Assembly: GCA_964387345.1 (NCBI GenBank) | Contig: CAYLWI010000001.1 | Span: 47,525-111,524, forward strand | Source: an uncultured Eubacterium sp. | Lineage (GTDB): Bacteria; Bacillota; Clostridia; Lachnospirales; Lachnospiraceae | Reading direction: 5' to 3' | DNA: 64,000 nt | Shown here: piece by piece, positions 20,679 to 30,619 of the stretch | Numbering within the stretch: position 1 is the stretch's first letter | How the letters are laid out: every line of letters starts with the position of its first letter | Position numbers and translations under genes: made by a program | Notes under the pieces: model-generated | Told to the model about the DNA's origin: nothing | Database searches by the model: none | Seen by the model: only the letters and a program-made list of their open reading frames with translations

Positions 20679-20888
20679 ATGAGTGAATTTATAAGCGGCT
20701 GCGACGGACTGATTCATGTGATCCGGAAGGGAGATACGCTGTACCGTCTCTCGCAGGAATATCATGTGAGCGTGGCGGACATTATGTACAAAAATCCTTA
20801 TGCCAATATTTATAATCTTCAGGTGGGAGATGAACTGTGTATTCCGGCAGGGAGACCGGAAACAATGGAATATACAGAAGAACAGTGA
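20679..20888 (+). CDS. Single LysM-domain protein, possibly spore-associated
   Basis: HVIRKGDTLYRLSQEYHVSVADIMYKNP...LQVGDELCIP; upstream AC-16-CATATTATA resembles a sigma-K promoter. Confidence 0.8.
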   Translation: MSEFISGCDGLIHVIRKGDTLYRLSQEYHVSVADIMYKNPYANIYNLQVGDELCIPAGRPETMEYTEEQ

Positions 20889-20915
20889 AGATTTTATAAA
20901 AACATCCGGGCTGCG

Positions 20916-20944
20916 TTGACAAACAAAAACCGTGCCTTTATAAT
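20916..20944 (+). promoter_or_regulatory. Consensus sigma-A promoter
   Basis: TTGACA-17-TATAAT exact match upstream of the 20982 ORF. Confidence 0.85.
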
Positions 20945-20981
20945 CAGAAATCATAAATGATTTCGAAAACAGGAGAGAACA

Positions 20982-21824
20982 ATGCGTTTTATAGATAAAA
21001 TGGAACGGAAATTAGGAAGATATGCCATTCATGGTCTGATGAAGTATGTGATTGCCTGTTACATCGCCGGGTATGTAATTGCTTTTGCAGTGCCGGATTT
21101 TCTGAATGTCATAACACTGGAGCCCTATCTGGTTTTCCATCAGGGCCAGGTCTGGAGACTGATCTCCTGGGTGCTGATTCCGCCTTCCAGAAGCAATATT
21201 ATTTTTGTGGTTATCATGCTGATACTATATTATCAGCTGGGGACGGTTCTGGAGCAGACCTGGGGAGCCTTCCGTTTTAATCTCTATATATTCGGCGGCG
21301 TGATTTTTACAATCCTGGGCGCGCTGCTCCTGTATGTGATTCTGGGAGTGAACACGCCCGTTTCCATCGGCTCCAGCTTCAGCACTTACTATATTAATAT
21401 GACGATATTCCTGGCGTTTGCTGTCTGCTATCCGGATATGCGGGTTATGCTGTATTTCCTGATTCCGATCAGGATGAAGTGGATGGCCCTGGTTTATGGA
21501 GTACTGATTGTCTATGAGTTCGTGACCTGCGGAAGCTGGGCGGTCAGAGTGGCGATCTTTGCTTCTATCCTGAATTTTCTGATATTCTTCCTGGTGACGC
21601 GGAATCTGAAGGCTTATTCGCCGAAGGAAATGAGACGGAAGAAGAATTTCAAAAAGCAGGTGAGACAGCCCCGCAACGGCGGCGCGGCTTATATTCATAA
21701 ATGCGCCATCTGTGGGCGGACAGAACTGGACGATCCCAATCTGCAGTTCCGTTTCTGTTCCAGATGCAAGGGGAATTTTGAATATTGTCAGGATCATTTA
21801 TTTACGCATAAGCATGTGGAATAG
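20982..21824 (+). CDS. Rhomboid-superfamily (Derlin-like) membrane protein with C-terminal zinc finger
   Basis: About 6 TM segments, GQVWRLISW WR motif, no GxSG; C-terminal CAIC-x13-CSRC-x5-CQDH-x3-HKH. Confidence 0.65.
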   Translation: MRFIDKMERKLGRYAIHGLMKYVIACYIAGYVIAFAVPDFLNVITLEPYLVFHQGQVWRLISWVLIPPSRSNIIFVVIMLILYYQLGTVLEQTWGAFRFNLYIFGGVIFTILGALLLYVILGVNTPVSIGSSFSTYYINMTIFLAFAVCYPDMRVMLYFLIPIRMKWMALVYGVLIVYEFVTCGSWAVRVAIFASILNFLIFFLVTRNLKAYSPKEMRRKKNFKKQVRQPRNGGAAYIHKCAICGRTELDDPNLQFRFCSRCKGNFEYCQDHLFTHKHVE

Positions 21825-21980
21825 CAGGGGGTTACCGGCCGCTCCGTTCACGGCAGCGGTAATATTACGATTTACAGTTCCATAAATAAAATTACATTGA
21901 CCGGAAAGAAACTCTGTGATAAATTTATCACAGAGTTTTTCTATATAACTGATAGAAGAGGGAGATCAGGAGGAATTGGA

Positions 21981-23651
21981 ATGGAAATGGAAAAAAGCTC
22001 CAGGAATTTTATTGAGCAGATTATAGACAGGGATCTGGAAGAGGGAACGTATGAGACGGTCTGTACCCGTTTCCCGCCGGAACCCAACGGATACCTTCAT
22101 ATAGGACATGCAAAATCAATTCTTTTGAATTACGGTCTGGCGCAGGAATATCATGGAAAGTTTCACCTTCGCTTTGACGATACGAATCCTACCAAAGAAA
22201 AAGAGGAGTTTGTGGATTCCATCAAGAAAGATATCGAATGGCTGGGGGCGGACTGGGAAGACCGTCTGTTTTTTGCTTCCGACTACTTTCAGCAGATGTA
22301 TGAGGCGGCTGTGAAGCTGATCAGAAAGGGGAAAGCTTATGTCTGTGATCTGACTCCGGAGGAGATCCGGGAATACAGGGGAACCCTTACAGAGCCGGGG
22401 AAGAACAGTCCTTACCGCGACCGGAGCGTGGAAGAAAATCTGGAACTGTTTGAGAATATGAAAAATGGCGTTTACAAAGAGGGAGAGAAGGTGCTCCGGG
22501 CAAAAATTGATATGGCTTCTCCCAATATCAACATGCGTGATCCGATCCTTTACCGGGTGGCATATATGACTCATCACCGCACGGGAGATCAGTGGTGTAT
22601 TTATCCCATGTATGATTTTGCCCATCCCATTGAGGACGCCATTGAGGGGATTACCCATTCAATCTGTACCCTGGAATTTGAGGATCACCGTCCCTTATAT
22701 GACTGGGTAGTGCGGGAACTGGAATATCCCCGTCCCCCGAAGCAGATTGAGTTTGCAAAGCTTTATCTGACCAATGTAGTTACCGGGAAAAGGTATATTA
22801 AAAAGCTGGTGGAAGACGGGATTGTGGACGGATGGGATGATCCCCGCCTGGTCTCTATCGCGGCTCTGAGAAGGAGAGGGTTTACTCCGTCTTCCATTAA
22901 GAGGTTTGTGGAACTCTGCGGTATTTCCAAGAGCAACAGTTCCGTGGATTATGCCATGCTGGAGTACTGTATCCGGGAGGATCTGAAGATGACGGCGCCC
23001 CGGGCCATGGCGATTCTGGATCCGGTGAAGCTGGTGATTGACAATTATCCGGAAGACCGGACCGAGGAACTGGAAGTGGAAAATAATATGGAGAACCCGG
23101 AGCTTGGAAAGCGGATGGTGCCCTTCAGCCGTGAGCTTTATATTGAGCGGGAGGATTTTATGGAAGAGCCTCCGAAAAAGTACCGCCGGCTTTATCCCGG
23201 CAATGAAGTGCGCCTCATGAATGCATATTTTATAACCTGCACCGGCTTTGAAAAGGATGAGGAGGGAAATATTACCGTAGTTCACTGCACCTATGATCCT
23301 GCCAGCCGGGGAGGAAACAGTCCCGACGGAAGAAAAGTCCGGGGTACCATTCACTGGGTGGACGCCTCTGCCAGCGTAAAGGCTGAGGCGCGTCTGTATG
23401 AAAATATTATTGATGAGGAAAAGGGAGTTTATAACGAGGACGGTTCCCTGAATCTGAATCCAGATTCCCTTACTGTATTAAAGAATTGTTATGTGGAGCG
23501 TTCTCTGGAAACAGCGGAAGCCTGTGACAGTTTCCAGTTTGTGAGAAACGGATTCTTCTGTGTGGACTGCAAAGATTCCGGACCCGGACATCCCGTATTT
23601 AACCGGATTGTTTCTTTGAAGAGCTCTTACAAAATTCCGGCACAGTCCTGA
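21981..23651 (+). CDS. glnS: Glutamine--tRNA ligase
   Basis: [38 protein letters not shown]; AGGAGG RBS before 21981. Confidence 0.95.
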   Translation: MEMEKSSRNFIEQIIDRDLEEGTYETVCTRFPPEPNGYLHIGHAKSILLNYGLAQEYHGKFHLRFDDTNPTKEKEEFVDSIKKDIEWLGADWEDRLFFASDYFQQMYEAAVKLIRKGKAYVCDLTPEEIREYRGTLTEPGKNSPYRDRSVEENLELFENMKNGVYKEGEKVLRAKIDMASPNINMRDPILYRVAYMTHHRTGDQWCIYPMYDFAHPIEDAIEGITHSICTLEFEDHRPLYDWVVRELEYPRPPKQIEFAKLYLTNVVTGKRYIKKLVEDGIVDGWDDPRLVSIAALRRRGFTPSSIKRFVELCGISKSNSSVDYAMLEYCIREDLKMTAPRAMAILDPVKLVIDNYPEDRTEELEVENNMENPELGKRMVPFSRELYIEREDFMEEPPKKYRRLYPGNEVRLMNAYFITCTGFEKDEEGNITVVHCTYDPASRGGNSPDGRKVRGTIHWVDASASVKAEARLYENIIDEEKGVYNEDGSLNLNPDSLTVLKNCYVERSLETAEACDSFQFVRNGFFCVDCKDSGPGHPVFNRIVSLKSSYKIPAQS

Positions 23652-23692
23652 AAAGCTGTTGCTGATCTGCGCCGTCAGCACAGGACGGCAGA

Positions 23693-25120
23693 ATGGAAAG
23701 TATTATGAAAGAGTTTGCCGTAAGCCTGGATCCAGGCAGCAGAAAACCATTATATGAGCAGATTTACGAGGCTGTTCGTAACGCTATTCTCAGCGGGCAC
23801 ATTTCCTGCGGGGAGAAGCTGCCCTCTACCCGGTCTGAGGCGGCGTTTCTCTCCTGCAGCAGAAGCACCGTGGAGCTGGCTTACGGGCAGCTTTTTTCTG
23901 AGGGATACATTGAGTCGCAGCCCTGCCGGGGATATTATGTCTGTGATGTCCGGGAACTGTATCATCTGACGGATGTGACGCCGGAGCCCGATATTCCTGT
24001 TACCGGGACAGGGGATGACAGGACGGAATATAAGGTGGATTTTTCCCCCAACGGGACAGAATTCGCCGGGTTCCCCTTTGGAGCCATGGGGAAGATCATG
24101 AGGAATCTCATGCTGGATGAGGGAGAAAACATATTAAAGACAGGGGATTTTTTCGGAGATCGGGAACTCCGGCAGGCTATCTGTGACTATCTCTATCAGG
24201 CCAGAAGCGTCAACTGCTCGCCGGAGCAGATTGTCATCGGCGCGGGGAATGGGTATCTTCAGATTCTTCTTTCCCAGGTTCTGGGTATCCGTCATAAAGT
24301 TGCAATGGAATCCCCCACCTATCTCCAGGCCTTTGCCGCTTTTCGGAATATTGGTTATCCGGTGGAAGAAATTGCCATGGACAGGGAGGGGATGCGGACA
24401 GACTGTCTGGAGAAGACAGAAGCGGATATTGCTTATGTGATGCCGTCCCATCAGTTCCCCATGGGGACGGTTATGCCAATGAAACGTCGTCTGGAGCTTT
24501 TGAACTGGGCGGTGAAGGAGGAAGGCCGGTATATTATTGAGGATGATTATGACAGCGAGTTCCGGTATCGCGGGAAGCCGGTTCCGGCTCTCCAGGGAAT
24601 GGACCGGGCCGGACGGGTGATCTATCTGGGAACCTTTTCCCGCAGTATTGCCCCGGCTGTCCGCGTCAGTTATCTGGTGCTCCCTGCGCATCTGGTTACT
24701 CCGTTCCGGACTAAATGCGGGTTCTGCTCCTGCACGGTATCGAATATTATGCAGCAGACCATTTTCCGCTTTATGAAGGAGGGATATTTTGAGAAGAATC
24801 TGAACCGGAGAAGGGGCATTTATAAAGCGAAGCATGATTATATTCTGGGTGAACTCCGGAAATGCTTCTGGGTAAAGAAAATCTGGGGAGAAAATGCAGG
24901 TCTTCATCTTCTGGCAGCGGTGGATACGGAATTGGAGGAAAAAGAACTGATCAGAATCTGTGGGGAAAGAGGAATCCGTCTTTACGGATTGTCAGAATAT
25001 TTTCTGAGTGGAAAATCAGCTTTCCAGGATCCGGTTTTCCTGTTCGGGTACGGCGGCCTGAACCAGGAGAAGATTTCAGAAGGACTGGAAGAGATTGGAA
25101 AGGTGGTGCGCAAATGGTAA
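23693..25120 (+). CDS. MocR/GabR-family regulator (GntR wHTH + aminotransferase-like domain)
   Basis: LYEQIYE...GEKLPSTR wHTH; TPSHQFP-like MPSHQFPMG, IEDDYDSEFRY. Confidence 0.92.
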   Translation: MESIMKEFAVSLDPGSRKPLYEQIYEAVRNAILSGHISCGEKLPSTRSEAAFLSCSRSTVELAYGQLFSEGYIESQPCRGYYVCDVRELYHLTDVTPEPDIPVTGTGDDRTEYKVDFSPNGTEFAGFPFGAMGKIMRNLMLDEGENILKTGDFFGDRELRQAICDYLYQARSVNCSPEQIVIGAGNGYLQILLSQVLGIRHKVAMESPTYLQAFAAFRNIGYPVEEIAMDREGMRTDCLEKTEADIAYVMPSHQFPMGTVMPMKRRLELLNWAVKEEGRYIIEDDYDSEFRYRGKPVPALQGMDRAGRVIYLGTFSRSIAPAVRVSYLVLPAHLVTPFRTKCGFCSCTVSNIMQQTIFRFMKEGYFEKNLNRRRGIYKAKHDYILGELRKCFWVKKIWGENAGLHLLAAVDTELEEKELIRICGERGIRLYGLSEYFLSGKSAFQDPVFLFGYGGLNQEKISEGLEEIGKVVRKW

Positions 25121-25123
25121 CTC

Positions 25124-25152
25124 TTGACAAAGAAAATAGATGTTGCTAGAAT
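25124..25152 (+). promoter_or_regulatory. Sigma-A promoter of ilvN-ilvC
   Basis: TTGACA-17-TAGAAT with TG extension. Confidence 0.75.
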
Positions 25153-25223
25153 AAGGAAAGCCTGTGAGTAAACGGTGTTCTGATAACGGAAACTGTGAGA
25201 GAAATGCGGAGGAGATGTTTGTG

Positions 25224-25724
25224 ATGAGAAGACAGGTTCTTTCATTATTAGTGGAAAATACATCGGGAGTAGTCAGCCATATTTCCGGACTGTTTTCCCG
25301 TCGCGGATATAATATTGACAGTTTTTCTGCCGGAGTGACAGCGGATGACCGTTTTACACGGGTGACAGTAGTGGCCAGAGGCGAAGATCAGGTGCTGGAG
25401 CAGATCCGCAAGCAGCTTGCAAAGCTGGAGGATGTTGTGGATATCAAGGAGCTGAAGCCGGACGAGTCTGTCTGCCGTGAGCTGGTTCTGATCAAGCTCC
25501 GTGCGAAACCGGAGGACCGTCAGAATATTCTCTCTGTCGCGAATATTTTCAGAGCCAATATTATCGATGTCAGCAGTGATTCCATGGTGATTGAGCTGAC
25601 CGGAGATCAGAGCAAGCTGAGGGCATTCATTGATCTTGTAAAAGATTATGACATCCTCGAACTGGCGAGAACCGGTGAGACCGGCCTGAGCCGCGGCGAT
25701 AAGGATGTTAAAATAATATTATAA
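25224..25724 (+). CDS. ilvN: Acetolactate synthase small regulatory subunit
   Basis: LSLLVENTSGVV..ISGLFSRRGYNIDS ACT domain; ELARTG C-terminus. Confidence 0.93.
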   Translation: MRRQVLSLLVENTSGVVSHISGLFSRRGYNIDSFSAGVTADDRFTRVTVVARGEDQVLEQIRKQLAKLEDVVDIKELKPDESVCRELVLIKLRAKPEDRQNILSVANIFRANIIDVSSDSMVIELTGDQSKLRAFIDLVKDYDILELARTGETGLSRGDKDVKIIL

Positions 25725-25728
25725 CTAA

Positions 25729-26778
<1,050 letters not shown>

Positions 26779-26814
26779 AAGCAGATTTGTTCTTCTTAAA
26801 TTATATTCCGGAGA

Positions 26815-26850
26815 GGGCTGATGTGTGGGGATTCATGCATCAGTCCTTTT
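26815..26850 (+). terminator. Terminator after ilvC
   Basis: GGGCTGATGTG...CATGCATCAGTCC followed by TTTT. Confidence 0.65.
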
Positions 26851-26904
26851 CATTTCCTATCAGTTTGTGCTATACTAGGGACACTGAGTGAATGACAGGA
26901 GGTT

Positions 26905-27387
26905 GTGAAAGTGGGAAAAGTTTTCAGATTTCATACAGATGTGGATACGGATCAGATTATTGCGTCACAGTATCTTTTGTATCCCAGCGTTGATGAGATG
27001 AAGGCGCATGCCTTTGAATCCCTGGACAAGAGCTTTGCTTCAAAGGTACAGCCCGGGGATTTTGTGGTCGCCAATGAGAATTTCGGCTGCGGTTCTTCCA
27101 GGGAGCAGGCGCCAGCAGTGCTGAAAGCTCTGGGCGTAAAGGCGGTCGTCGCGAAATCCTTTGCCCGGATTTTTTACCGGAACGCCATCAATATCGGACT
27201 GCCGGTGATTATCAGCAAGGATCTGTACGATCATGTTTCGGCTGGAGATGAGATGGAACTGTCGCTGACAGACGGTGTTGCCGTCTGCAATGGACAGGAG
27301 TTTGTATGTACGAAGCTGCCGCCCTATATGCAGAGTATTCTGGACCAGGGCGGTCTGATCGCGTCATTGAATAAGGAAGAGGATTAG
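26905..27387 (+). CDS. LeuD/HacB/DmdB-family aconitase-type small subunit, copy 1
   Basis: [36 protein letters not shown]. Confidence 0.9.
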   Translation: MKVGKVFRFHTDVDTDQIIASQYLLYPSVDEMKAHAFESLDKSFASKVQPGDFVVANENFGCGSSREQAPAVLKALGVKAVVAKSFARIFYRNAINIGLPVIISKDLYDHVSAGDEMELSLTDGVAVCNGQEFVCTKLPPYMQSILDQGGLIASLNKEED

Positions 27388-27403
27388 AGAGGAGATATTC
27401 AGC

Positions 27404-28654
27404 ATGGGAATGACAATGGCTGAGAAAATTATAGCGGCTGCTGCCGGAGTACCGGAAGTAAAGCCGGGCGACATACATACGGTGGAAGTGGACCGCCTTA
27501 TGAGTAATGACGGAACGACCCACCTCACCATTGATATGTATAATAACAAGTTAAAGCATCCTCATATTGCGGATGTGAGTAAGCTGGTGTGGATTGTGGA
27601 TCATAATGTGCCCGCTGACAGTCCGAAAACTGCGGCGTCCCATAAGAAAATGCGTGATTTCGCGAAAGAGCACGGGATTACTTTCTATGAGGGAAGGGGC
27701 GTCTGCCATCAGATCATGATGGAGAATCATGTCCGCCCCGGCGAACTGATTTTCGGCGCTGACAGCCACACCTGCGCTTACGGCGCGCTGGGAGCTTTCG
27801 GAACAGGCGTGGGATGTACGGACTATCTCTACGCTATGGTAACCGGAAAGTCCTGGCTGCTGGTGCCGGAAACAATCCGCTTCAATCTTACCGGGAAGCT
27901 GCCGGAAGGCGTGTACGCCAGGGATCTGATTCTTACCATTATCGGGCGGATCGGCGCGAACGGAGCGAATTATAAAGCCATGGAGTTTGGCGGCGGGGGA
28001 CTGAAGACTCTTTCCATGAGCGACCGGATTGCCATCTGCAATCTCTGTGTGGAGGCCGGAGCAAAGACGGCGCTTATGGAAGTGGACGATGTGGCCATGA
28101 ACTATCTGAAGGAGAGGGGCCGGGAGCCGAAGCATCTGTTTGCCAGTGATCCGGACGCGGTCTATGAGGAAGAGTATGAGGTGGATCTGAGCGCCATTAC
28201 TCCGATTGTGGCAAAGCCCCATTTTGTAGATAATGTGGTAAATGCCAGAGAATGCGCGGGCATAAAAATAGACGAGGCGTTTCTCGGATCCTGCAATAAC
28301 GGCCGTCTGGAGGATCTCCGGGTGGGAGCAGAGCTCCTGAAGGGACGCAGGGTACATCCGCGGGTGCGTTTCCTTGTAGTTCCCGCCAGTCAGGAGGTTT
28401 ACCGGAAGGCCCTGGAGGAAGGACTGATTCAGATTTTTATGGATGCAGGAGCCATTGTTATGAATGCCAACTGCAGCGTCTGCTGGGGAAGCTGTCAGGG
28501 CGTGATCGGAAAGGATGAGACTCTGATCAGCACCGGAACACGTAATTTCAAGGGCCGCGCAGGAGATCCGGATTCCTTCATTTATCTGGCGTCAGCGGCG
28601 ACAGTTACAGCTTCCGCCATCAGAGGAGAGATCACTACGGCAGATAAGCTGTAG
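27404..28654 (+). CDS. LeuC/HacA/DmdA-family aconitase-type large subunit, copy 1
   Basis: [29 protein letters not shown]; three Fe-S cysteines present. Confidence 0.9.
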   Translation: MGMTMAEKIIAAAAGVPEVKPGDIHTVEVDRLMSNDGTTHLTIDMYNNKLKHPHIADVSKLVWIVDHNVPADSPKTAASHKKMRDFAKEHGITFYEGRGVCHQIMMENHVRPGELIFGADSHTCAYGALGAFGTGVGCTDYLYAMVTGKSWLLVPETIRFNLTGKLPEGVYARDLILTIIGRIGANGANYKAMEFGGGGLKTLSMSDRIAICNLCVEAGAKTALMEVDDVAMNYLKERGREPKHLFASDPDAVYEEEYEVDLSAITPIVAKPHFVDNVVNARECAGIKIDEAFLGSCNNGRLEDLRVGAELLKGRRVHPRVRFLVVPASQEVYRKALEEGLIQIFMDAGAIVMNANCSVCWGSCQGVIGKDETLISTGTRNFKGRAGDPDSFIYLASAATVTASAIRGEITTADKL

Positions 28655-28692
28655 GCAGACAGAACGGAAATAACAGAGAAGGAAAGGAAAAA

Positions 28693-29184
28693 ATGGAACA
28701 GTTTACTGGAAAAGTATGGGTACTTGGAGACGATATTGATACAGATATTATCATGCCTACCGAGTATCTGGCATTGGAAACCGTAGAAGATATGAAACCC
28801 TATGCATTTTCTCCCCTGAGACCCGGACTGGCAGCGCAGATCGGGCCGGGAGATATTATCGTGGCCGGAAAGAATTTCGGCTGCGGATCCTCCAGGGAGC
28901 AGGCGCCGGAAGTCATTAAGGCTTTGGGAATCCGCTGTGTGATCGCAAAATCCTATGCCAGGATTTTCTTCCGCAATTCTATCAATAACGGACTGCTGCT
29001 GATTGAGAATGACAGACTGCAGGCGGACGTGAAAGAGGGAGATGAGATCACGGTTACGGTGGGAGAAAAAATTTCCCTGGGTGAGAGCGATTATCCGGTT
29101 GCGGCTCTGCCGGAGAATCTCCTTGAGATTATCAACGCCGGAGGTCTGGTGAAGGCCATGCGCAGACGCAACGGCCTGGACTAA
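28693..29184 (+). CDS. LeuD/HacB/DmdB-family small subunit, copy 2
   Basis: [33 protein letters not shown]. Confidence 0.9.
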   Translation: MEQFTGKVWVLGDDIDTDIIMPTEYLALETVEDMKPYAFSPLRPGLAAQIGPGDIIVAGKNFGCGSSREQAPEVIKALGIRCVIAKSYARIFFRNSINNGLLLIENDRLQADVKEGDEITVTVGEKISLGESDYPVAALPENLLEIINAGGLVKAMRRRNGLD

Positions 29185-29200
29185 GGAAGGAGGAAAGTAT

Positions 29201-30451
29201 ATGGGTGCGACCATGATTGAAAAGATCATCCGGAATCATGTGAAGCATGAGGTAAAGCCCGGAGATATTGTCACTGTAGATGTGGACCGGGTGATGATCC
29301 ACGATATTTTTATTCCCTTTGTGGCGGAGAAGTTTGAGGAGATGGGCTTTACGAAGCTCTGGGATCCGGACCGGGCGGTTCTGATCTATGATCATCTGGT
29401 TCCTGCCAGTCAGGTGGATGATACCCGTCATTTCCGTGTGGGGAATGCGTTTGCTGAGAAATATGGGATGGAGCATGTACATCGCTCTGACGGAATCTGC
29501 CATCAGTTAATGACGGAGGCCGGATATGTGAAGCCCGGCGATATTGTATTCGGCACAGACAGTCATACGACAACTTACGGCTGTGTGGGCGCTTTTTCTT
29601 CCGGTATCGGCTATACGGAGATGGCCGGTATTCTGGGAACAGGAACACTCTGGGTGAGGGTACCCGAGACCATTAAGGTTACGATTAACGGAAAGCTTCC
29701 GGAAAATGTGACCTCCAAGGATGTGATCTTAAAACTGATCGGTGACCTGGGTGCGGACGGAGCTACTTATATGGCATTGGAATTCCATGGGGATGCGGTA
29801 GAGCAGATGTCGGTGGCCAGCCGCATGACCATGTCTAATATGGCTGTGGAAGCGGGGGCGAAATGCGCGCTGTTCGCGCCGGATGAAAAAACGGCGGAAT
29901 ACTGTGAAATCACTCTGAGTGAAGAACAGAAGGCTCTGAAGGCGGACGCGGATGCTTCTTATATCAGAGAGATTACATACCGGGCGGAAGATCTGGCTCC
30001 TGTGATGGCCTGTCCGTCCCAGGTGGATAAGATCCGGCCGGTTACGGAGCTGGAGGGTACGGAGATCGACCAGGTATTTATCGGCTCCTGCACCAACGGC
30101 CGTCTGGAGGATCTGATGGCGGCTGCTGAAATTCTGAAAGGAAAGCAGGTGGCTCCCTTTGTAAAGCTGATTGTAACTCCGGCCAGCCGTAAGGTTTATG
30201 ATGAAGCTGTTGAAAACGGAACCATGGCTGTGCTCGCGGAAGCCGGAGCTATTATTACGCATCCCGGCTGCGGTCTCTGCTGCGGAAGAACCGGCGGCAT
30301 TCTGACAGACGGTGAGAGAGTGGTTGCGACAAACAACAGGAATTTCCTGGGACGTATGGGAACGTCGAAGGTGGAGATTTATCTGGCGTCTCCGAAAACT
30401 GCGGCTGCCTGCGCGGCTGCCGGAAAAATCGTTCCGCCTGTCTGCGGATAA
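29201..30451 (+). CDS. LeuC/HacA/DmdA-family large subunit, copy 2
   Basis: HD, DH, HQ, DSHT, GSCTNGR, CGLCCG, NRNFLGRMG. Confidence 0.9.
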   Translation: MGATMIEKIIRNHVKHEVKPGDIVTVDVDRVMIHDIFIPFVAEKFEEMGFTKLWDPDRAVLIYDHLVPASQVDDTRHFRVGNAFAEKYGMEHVHRSDGICHQLMTEAGYVKPGDIVFGTDSHTTTYGCVGAFSSGIGYTEMAGILGTGTLWVRVPETIKVTINGKLPENVTSKDVILKLIGDLGADGATYMALEFHGDAVEQMSVASRMTMSNMAVEAGAKCALFAPDEKTAEYCEITLSEEQKALKADADASYIREITYRAEDLAPVMACPSQVDKIRPVTELEGTEIDQVFIGSCTNGRLEDLMAAAEILKGKQVAPFVKLIVTPASRKVYDEAVENGTMAVLAEAGAIITHPGCGLCCGRTGGILTDGERVVATNNRNFLGRMGTSKVEIYLASPKTAAACAAAGKIVPPVCG

Positions 30452-30619
30452 AAAGAAAAACAATTTGTCAATCGCTGTCCTGTATGATAAGATAGCGGTG
30501 ATAAATTGATGTTGCTGCGGACAGAGCGGGCAGTAATAAAAAAGACTGCTGTTTGCGCGGTCGCAGCTGAGAGTTTCACAAATATATGAAGCCGTTTTCC
30601 GGCAGAAAGAGGATAGGAT

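Noticed and set aside
25153-25223. T-box or attenuator before ilvN
   Set aside because: The leader is only about 70 nt and has no T-box motif or terminator.
26905-30451. Assigning gene symbols leuC/leuD to the tandem pairs
   Set aside because: Family membership is clear, but substrate specificity is not supported by context or loop motifs.
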